Source: an uncultured bacterium (lineage in GTDB: Bacteria > Edwardsbacteria > AC1 > EtOH8). Taken from it: a stretch of DNA of 45,327 nt. A model generated the notes under the pieces. That model had not been told where the DNA came from. It made no database searches and worked only from the letters and a program-made list of their open reading frames with translations. How positions within the stretch are numbered: the first letter of the stretch is position 1; each line of letters opens with the position of its first letter. This document shows, in pieces, positions 39,378-45,327 of this stretch. The stretch covers positions 1 to 45,327 of the forward strand of contig CAWAAX010000022.1 of assembly GCA_963780225.1 (NCBI GenBank), written 5' to 3'. A program made the translations under genes and the position numbers.

Positions 39378-40412
39378 ATGAAGATCATAGACCTTCGCTC
39401 CGACACGGTCACCAAACCCACGGCCGCCATGAAGCGGGCCATGTTCAGCGCCCCGCTGGGCGACGACGTCTTCGGCGACGACCCCACGGTCAACAAGTTG
39501 CAAAGCGAGACCGCCAAATTGCTGGGCAAGCAGGCCGGACTGTTCGTGCCCTCCGGCACCATGGGAAACCAGATAGCGCTCAAGACCTTGACCAATCCCG
39601 GCGATGAGGTGATCCTGGATCACGAGTCCCACATATTCCGCTACGAAGTGGCCGGGGCGGCGGTGATGTCCGGCCTGCAGTTCCATACCATACACGGCCC
39701 GGGCGGGATCATGACGGCGGAACAGGTCAAGGAGGCCATCCGGCCAGAAGACATCCACCAGCCGCAAACGACAATGGTCTGCCTGGAGAACACCCACAAC
39801 CGGGCCGGCGGGGTGGCCTATCCGCTGGATGAGATAAAGAGGATCTCCGCCTTATGCAAGAAGCATAAGATCAAAATGCACTTGGACGGGGCCAGGCTTT
39901 GGAACGCCTCGGTGGCCAGCGGGGTCGGCTTAAAGGAATATTCCAAGTACTTTGACTCGGTGATGGTCTGCTTCTCCAAGGGCCTGGGCTGTCCGGCCGG
40001 ATCGGTGCTGGCAGGGGACAGGGAGTTCATCGAAAAAGCCCGGCGCAACCGCAAGATGATGGGCGGAGGCATGCGCCAGGCGGGCATTCTGGCCGGGGCC
40101 GGTCTGTATGCGCTTAAGCACAACCACAAGAGAATGGCCGATGACCATAAGCGGGCTAAAAGATTAGCCCAAATAATATCTCAAATTTCAAAAATAAAAA
40201 TTGACTTGGCCAGCGTCCAGACAAACATAGTGGTCTTCGATATCAAACAGACCGGAATGAGATCAGAGCAGGCCATGGAGAAGCTGGCCCGGAAAGGCCT
40301 GTGGCTGGTGTCTTTCGGTCCCACCCGGCTTAGGGCGGTGACCCATCTGGACGTGAACGACGGGGACATTAAAAGGGCGGGGGAGATAATAAAAAAGGCG
40401 TTTCAGGAATAA
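39378..40412 (+). CDS. ltaE: Low-specificity L-threonine aldolase
   Basis: DLRSDTVTKPT, GDDVFGDDPTV, PSGTMGNQ, LENTHN, HLDGARL, CFSKGLG, GGGMRQAG. Confidence 0.95.
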   Translation: MKIIDLRSDTVTKPTAAMKRAMFSAPLGDDVFGDDPTVNKLQSETAKLLGKQAGLFVPSGTMGNQIALKTLTNPGDEVILDHESHIFRYEVAGAAVMSGLQFHTIHGPGGIMTAEQVKEAIRPEDIHQPQTTMVCLENTHNRAGGVAYPLDEIKRISALCKKHKIKMHLDGARLWNASVASGVGLKEYSKYFDSVMVCFSKGLGCPAGSVLAGDREFIEKARRNRKMMGGGMRQAGILAGAGLYALKHNHKRMADDHKRAKRLAQIISQISKIKIDLASVQTNIVVFDIKQTGMRSEQAMEKLARKGLWLVSFGPTRLRAVTHLDVNDGDIKRAGEIIKKAFQE

Positions 40413-40413
40413 C

Positions 40414-42075
40414 ATGGAGTCTAAAATGAGGAAAAACGAAGAAGCTGAGACACAACTCGAAATGCTTAGCCAATGGCTTGAAGAAAAGGAGGGCGAACAT
40501 GTTGAGTTTAAAGAAGCAAGGGCAAATTATTCTTTTGAAGAGCTTGCTAAATATTGTTGTGCGCTTGCAAATGAGGGCGGCGGCAAGATAATACTGGGAG
40601 TTACTGACAAAAGACCACGCAAAGTAGTTGGAACCAATGTTTACACCCAACCAGAGAACACGCGGAGGTCTTTGGCGGAACAGCTGCATCTTAGAGTTGA
40701 TTATTTGACCTTTAACCATCCCAGCGGCAGGGTACTTGCGTTTATTAGTCCACCAAGGCCTATCGGGGCTGCTGTAAAATATAAAGGTATATATTGGGCG
40801 CGAGAAACCGACAGTCTTGTTCCTATGCCCGAGGAAAAATTAAAAGAAATATTTTTTGAAACCGGCCACGATTTTTCTGCGGATATTTGCCCGGGGGCAA
40901 CGATTGATTCTTTATCGAATGAAGCCATTGAAGTATTTCGCCGGCACTGGATAGACAAGTCTGGGAACAAAAACATCTCTTCTCTATCCCATGAGCAATT
41001 GCTTCGGGACGCAGAGTTGCTTATTGATGGAGGTGTAACAATTGCAGCATTGATTTTGTTCGCAAAAAAAGAAACAATGGGCAAGTATCTTGGGCAAGCA
41101 GAGGTTATATTTGAATATAGATCTACCGATGCTGCAGGTCCTGCCCAACAGCGAGTTGAATTCCGTCAGGGATTTTTTGAATATTATGAAACCCTTTGGA
41201 GCCTTATTAATCAACGAAATGATTTCCAACACTATCAAGAAGGCCTTTTTGTAAAAGACATTCAAACATTCCCTGAGCGATCAGTGCGTGAAGCTGTTCT
41301 AAATGCTGTAAGCCATCGGAACTATCAGCTTGGAGGCAGTGTATTTATTCGCCAATTTCCTAAACGATTAGTTGTTGAAAGTCCTGGCGGACTTCCAACC
41401 GGCATAACCTTAGACAATATTCTTGACAGGCAATCTCCAAAGAACCGGAGGTTGGCAGACGCTTTTGCCAAATGTGGGTTGGTGGAGAGATCCGGTCAGG
41501 GTATGAACCTGATGTTTGAGCAAGCAATAAAGCAGGGTCAAAACAAACCAGATTTTATGGGTACGGACCAATATTTAGTTGTAATTACATTGCAGGGGCA
41601 GGTGCAGGATCTATCTTTTGTGCGTTTTCTTGAAAGAATTGGGCAAGAGACCATCGCTGTCTTCAACACCCACGATTTCCTTGTCATGGATCTGGTCCAT
41701 CACGATGAGAAAATACGTCCGGATTTATTGGCAAACGTGAAAAAACTAATTGATTTTGGAGTCATAGAAAAAGTCGGTAAACGTTATGTCTTGGCAAAAA
41801 GATATTACAGCATGGTCGGTCGTAAAGGGGTTTACACCCGTAGAAAAGGACTTGATCGTGACACCAATAAGCAATTATTATTAAAGCACATCACGGAAAA
41901 CAATAGTGATGGTTGTAAAATGGCAGAATTACAACAAGTGCTTCCGGGACAAGGGAGAAGTCAAATACAAGTTCTTTTAAGGGAGTTGAGATCTATGGGG
42001 CAAATACATTGTATAGGTCATACAAGCGCCGGGAAATGGTTTTCAGGAAAGCCCAAAAGCGATTTGCAACAATAA
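40414..42075 (+). CDS. Schlafen/AlbA_2 domain plus HATPase_c_4 (RecG C-terminal-like) plus winged-HTH protein
   Basis: EGEHVEFKEA, ALANEGGGKIILGVTD (AlbA_2); VREAVLNAVSHRNY, ESPGGLP, NRRLADAF..LVERSGQG; C-terminal HTH-like segment. Confidence 0.85.
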   Translation: MESKMRKNEEAETQLEMLSQWLEEKEGEHVEFKEARANYSFEELAKYCCALANEGGGKIILGVTDKRPRKVVGTNVYTQPENTRRSLAEQLHLRVDYLTFNHPSGRVLAFISPPRPIGAAVKYKGIYWARETDSLVPMPEEKLKEIFFETGHDFSADICPGATIDSLSNEAIEVFRRHWIDKSGNKNISSLSHEQLLRDAELLIDGGVTIAALILFAKKETMGKYLGQAEVIFEYRSTDAAGPAQQRVEFRQGFFEYYETLWSLINQRNDFQHYQEGLFVKDIQTFPERSVREAVLNAVSHRNYQLGGSVFIRQFPKRLVVESPGGLPTGITLDNILDRQSPKNRRLADAFAKCGLVERSGQGMNLMFEQAIKQGQNKPDFMGTDQYLVVITLQGQVQDLSFVRFLERIGQETIAVFNTHDFLVMDLVHHDEKIRPDLLANVKKLIDFGVIEKVGKRYVLAKRYYSMVGRKGVYTRRKGLDRDTNKQLLLKHITENNSDGCKMAELQQVLPGQGRSQIQVLLRELRSMGQIHCIGHTSAGKWFSGKPKSDLQQ

Positions 42076-42109
42076 TTAGTTGCAAGTAGTTGCAACTAAT
42101 TATTGTTGC
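42066..42109. repeat. Perfect 20-bp inverted repeat overlapping the stop codon of the AlbA_2 gene
   Basis: GCAACAATAATTAGTTGCAA-GTAG-TTGCAACTAATTATTGTTGC. Confidence 0.9.
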
Positions 42110-42348
42110 CCGTGTCGCAATAATAAGCCAGGCAATGTGTTATGCCTGTCAACTTGCTTTTTATGTTGCAAAGTGCTTTAAAAATATATCAAACAAAATG
42201 GTAAAAGGACGTTTAAAGCTGTGCTACTTATAACAACTTTCTTAAAAGGCAACAAAGGTTGAGGTGAATCATATACTGGCTAATTATAGATATAAAGTAG
42301 GAAAAACAAAGCAGCCCCAAAAGCAATAAAAATATTTAAATATAATCA

Positions 42349-42377
42349 TTGCTATTTTACCTGGAACTATATATAAT
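42349..42377 (+). promoter_or_regulatory. sigma70 promoter for speD
   Basis: TTGCTA-17 nt-TATAAT. Confidence 0.6.
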
Positions 42378-42421
42378 TGCTCACTTTTCCCGGTCAACAA
42401 AATATTCGTTAAAGGCTTGAG

Positions 42422-43282
42422 ATGAAATACAAATCCCAGCAGATCTCCCACATCAAAAACACCAAGACCGACGTCAAACCCCTGAAAAGCCTGAAGCTTC
42501 ACGGGTTCAACAACCTGACCAAGACCCTGAGCTTCAATATGTACGACATCTGCTACGCCAAGAACCAGAAGCACCGGGAAGAGTACATCAAGTACATTGA
42601 CGAGGAGTACAACGCGGCCCGGCTGACCAAGATACTGACAGAGGTGGCCAACATCATCGGGGCCAAGGTGCTGAACATCGCCCAGCAGGACTACGATCCC
42701 CAGGGGGCCAGCGTTACCATGCTGATCTCGGAAGAGCACGTCCAGCCGGAGCACATAGATTTTCCCAGCGGCACCGCTGAGAACCTGGAGCACCAGGACG
42801 TGGTGGGGCACCTGGACAAGAGCCACATCACCGTCCACACCTATCCCGAAAGCCACCCCGACAACGGCATCAGCACCTTCCGGGCGGACATTGATGTCTC
42901 CACCTGCGGGGTGATCTCTCCGCTGCGGGCCCTGAACTACCTGATCAACTGCTTCTATTCCGACATCGCCATCATGGACTACCGGGTGCGGGGCTTTACC
43001 CGGGACGTTACCGGCAAAAAATACTACATCGATCACAAGATCAACTCCATCCAAAACTACCTCTCCAAGGAGCTGGTCAAGGACTACCAGATGGTAGACG
43101 TCAATATTTATCAGGAGAACATCTTTCACACCAAGATGGTGCTCAAGGATTTCGACATCGACGAATACCTGTTCGGCCGGGGGCAGAAAAAATTGCTGGC
43201 CTGGGACAAGTTCAAGATCAAGAAGCGCCTGCAGAAGGAGATGTACGAGATCTTTTCCGGGGAGAACACCCCCAGGTTCTAA
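42422..43282 (+). CDS. speD: S-adenosylmethionine decarboxylase proenzyme (long, E. coli-type)
   Basis: [41 protein letters not shown] autocleavage site, [23 protein letters not shown]. Confidence 0.95.
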   Translation: MKYKSQQISHIKNTKTDVKPLKSLKLHGFNNLTKTLSFNMYDICYAKNQKHREEYIKYIDEEYNAARLTKILTEVANIIGAKVLNIAQQDYDPQGASVTMLISEEHVQPEHIDFPSGTAENLEHQDVVGHLDKSHITVHTYPESHPDNGISTFRADIDVSTCGVISPLRALNYLINCFYSDIAIMDYRVRGFTRDVTGKKYYIDHKINSIQNYLSKELVKDYQMVDVNIYQENIFHTKMVLKDFDIDEYLFGRGQKKLLAWDKFKIKKRLQKEMYEIFSGENTPRF

Positions 43283-43307
43283 AGGGGTTGTAATAGGTAG
43301 TATCCGT

Positions 43308-43338
43308 AAAAAGGGACTGTGCCAACAGTCCCTTTTTT
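43308..43338 (+). terminator. Rho-independent terminator after speD
   Basis: AAAAAGGGACTGT-GCCA-ACAGTCCCTTTTTT. Confidence 0.85.
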
Positions 43339-43341
43339 ATT

Positions 43342-43370
43342 TTGCATTTTTTGACGGATAGTGCTATAAT
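43342..43370 (+). promoter_or_regulatory. sigma70 promoter for the small membrane protein gene
   Basis: TTGCAT-17 nt-TATAAT with an extended TG. Confidence 0.6.
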
Positions 43371-43400
43371 AATTTTGCAAAATACCATAAAGGAGCACCC

Positions 43401-43616
43401 ATGAAAAAACTGAAAAACATCACTTCAGTCGCGGCGATAGTGGTGATGGCCATCTGCTTTTACACCTTTCTGCTGGGGAACGAGGTCTTTGCCGGAAAGT
43501 TCCGCAACGACGGGATGTCCTGGTATTTCCTGGCCAAGGGCATCTACTGCTCGCTGACCATGTACCTGCTGGCTCTGGTGCTGGAAATGCTCCACGACCG
43601 GAAGGACAAAAACTAA
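43401..43616 (+). CDS. Small hypothetical membrane protein (2 TM)
   Basis: AAGGAG RBS, own promoter, two hydrophobic segments. Confidence 0.7.
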   Translation: MKKLKNITSVAAIVVMAICFYTFLLGNEVFAGKFRNDGMSWYFLAKGIYCSLTMYLLALVLEMLHDRKDKN

Positions 43617-43673
43617 ACCGGTCCTGTGCCACAAAGACACAAAGGCACCAATTCTATTTATTGGGGCTTTCGC

Positions 43674-43700
43674 GTCATTCCCGCAGAAGCGGGAATCCAG
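43674..43700. repeat. dRS3-like palindrome (ATTCCC-N8-GGGAAT)
   Basis: GTCATTCCCGCAGAAGCGGGAATCCAG. Confidence 0.7.
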
Positions 43701-43865
43701 AAACCCGGCCCATAAAAAGCACAAGAACCACAAATAGTAGTTTATAGAAAACCTGATTTCCCTTTAGGTATTATTATAAAATCGGCGGGGATCTGCGTAA
43801 ATCTGCGTCCCGTGCCAACAGTAAATAACAGCATTATATAAATCTTCACAACAGGCAGGTGAATC

Positions 43866-45327
43866 ATGAAAAGCCCAAAGAACAAGGTCAAAACAAAGCC
43901 CCAGGTCAAAAAAGCCGCCAAGCCGGTAAAAAAGAAATCCCCGGCAGGCACACCTCGACAAGGACTTCGGCAGGCTCAATCCAGCGGCTCGGTGTCCGCG
44001 TCCGCCAAGCAGCCCAAGAAGCAGGACCTGTTCACCACCCTCAAAGAATGGAACAACACCTGCGTTCAGCCAATGCTGGCCAAATACCCCGAGCGCAAAA
44101 AGCAGTTCCTGTCCACCTCCGGCGACGAGGTCAAGCGGGTGTACACCCCCTGCGAGACCGAGGGCCTGGATTACCAGAAAGACCTGGGCTTTCCCGGGCA
44201 GTACCCCTACACCCGCGGCGTCCAGCCCACCATGTACCGGGGCAAGTTCTGGACCATGCGCCAGTACGCCGGCTTCGGCGATGCGGCCGAGTCCAACAAG
44301 CGCTACAAGTATCTTCTAGCCCAGGGCCAGACCGGGCTGTCCGTCGCCTTTGACCTGCCCACCCAGATCGGCTACGACTCCGACGATGCCATGTCCGCCG
44401 GGGAGGTGGGCAAGGTGGGCGTGGCCATCGATTCCCTGGCCGACATGGAAATCCTGTTCGACGGCATCCCGCTGGACAAGGTCTCCACCTCCATGACCAT
44501 CAACGCCCCGGCCGGCGGTGCTGCTGGCCATGTACATGGCGGTGGCCGAGAAGCAGGGGGTGAAGGCCGACCAGCTGAACGGCACCATCCAGAACGACAT
44601 CCTCAAGGAATACATGGCCCGGGGCACCTACATCTTCCCGCCCACGCCCAGCATGCGGCTGATCACCGACATCTTCGCCTACTGCGCCAAGCAGGTGCCC
44701 AACTGGAACACCATCTCCATCTCCGGCTACCACATCCGCGAGGCCGGCTGCACCGCCGCCCAGGAGGTGGCCTTCACCCTGGCCGACGGCATCGCCTACG
44801 TGCAGGCGGCCATCGCCGCGGGCCTGAGCGTGGACGACTTCGCCCCGCGGCTGTCCTTCTTCTTCAACGCCCACAACGACCTCTTCGAGGAGGTGGCCAA
44901 GTTCCGGGCCGCCCGCCGGCTCTGGGCCCGGATCATGAAGGAACGCTTCAAGGCCCAAAAAGCTCCAAGTCCCAGATGCTGCGCTTCCACACCCAGACCG
45001 CCGGCAGCACCCTGACCGCCCAGCAGCCGGACAACAACATCGTCCGGGTCACCATCCAGGCCCTGGCCGCGGTGCTGGGCGGCACCCAGAGCCTGCACAC
45101 CAACTCCCGCGACGAGGCCCTGGCCCTGCCCACGGAAGACTCGGTCCGCATCGCCCTGCGCACCCAGCAGATCGTGGCCTACGAGTCCGGCGTGGCCGAC
45201 ACGGTCGATCCTTTGGCCGGTTCCTATTACGTGGAGGCCCGGACCAGCGAGATCGAGAAGGCCGCCTGGGCCTACATCGAGAAGATAGACAAGTTGGGCG
45301 GGATGGTGAAAGCCATCGAGAAGGGCT
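43866..45327 (+). CDS. mcmA: Methylmalonyl-CoA mutase substrate-binding subunit; runs off the window; compensating frameshifts at about 44512 and 44965
   Basis: Hand-translated from ATG 43866: [26 protein letters not shown] (Tyr indicates MCM rather than ICM), [57 protein letters not shown]. Absent from the ORF track because this frame has no stop before the window end. Confidence 0.92.
   Translation, partial: MKSPKNKVKTKPQVKKAAKPVKKKSPAGTPRQGLRQAQSSGSVSASAKQPKKQDLFTTLKEWNNTCVQPMLAKYPERKKQFLSTSGDEVKRVYTPCETEGLDYQKDLGFPGQYPYTRGVQPTMYRGKFWTMRQYAGFGDAAESNKRYKYLLAQGQTGLSVAFDLPTQIGYDSDDAMSAGEVGKVGVAIDSLADMEILFDGIPLDKVSTSMTINAPAGGAAGHVHGGGREAGGEGRPAERHHPERHPQGIHGPGHLHLPAHAQHAADHRHLRLLRQAGAQLEHHLHLRLPHPRGRLHRRPGGGLHPGRRHRLRAGGHRRGPERGRLRPAAVLLLQRPQRPLRGGGQVPGRPPALGPDHEGTLQGPKSSKSQMLRFHTQTAGSTLTAQQPDNNIVRVTIQALAAVLGGTQSLHTNSRDEALALPTEDSVRIALRTQQIVAYESGVADTVDPLAGSYYVEARTSEIEKAAWAYIEKIDKLGGMVKAIEKG

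Noticed and set aside
44512..44965. Alternative-frame or dual-coding segment in the mutase
   Set aside because: Explained by indels that cancel out. High GC3 leaves the shifted frame free of stops by chance.

Overview
A chromosomal window from a diderm, moderately GC-rich bacterium (lpxB, a TonB-dependent receptor, many lipoproteins). An FCB-like or candidate-phylum lineage is my inference only. It is probably origin-proximal, since two perfect parS palindromes (2111-2126, 2183-2198) lie about 2 kb from mnmG. Housekeeping genes include rluB, ilvE, mnmG, rluE, ligA, guaD, crcB, lpxB, ltaE, speD, methylmalonyl-CoA mutase, a P-type ATPase and a heterodimeric ABC exporter. The main unexplained system is a minus-strand cluster (8537-20283): a TPR/HExxH peptidase, five tandem paralogous lipoproteins (two Fn3-like domains plus a Kelch propeller) and a TonB-dependent receptor. 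The five paralogs are sequence mosaics, and each has a variable propeller insert packed with D-(S/T)-hydrophobic motifs, the Bacteroidota O-glycosylation sequon. Also notable: an OmpA-FecR-Ig-beta-barrel fusion in inverted order, an AT-rich Schlafen/AlbA_2-ATPase gene ending in a perfect 20-bp palindrome, and several small palindromic repeat families, some nested in each other or inserted in frame in a gene. Single-base indels break ligA, guaD, the mutase and two Kelch genes, so frameshifts here are most likely sequencing or assembly errors. No rRNA, tRNA, CRISPR array, transposase or reverse transcriptase was recognised.
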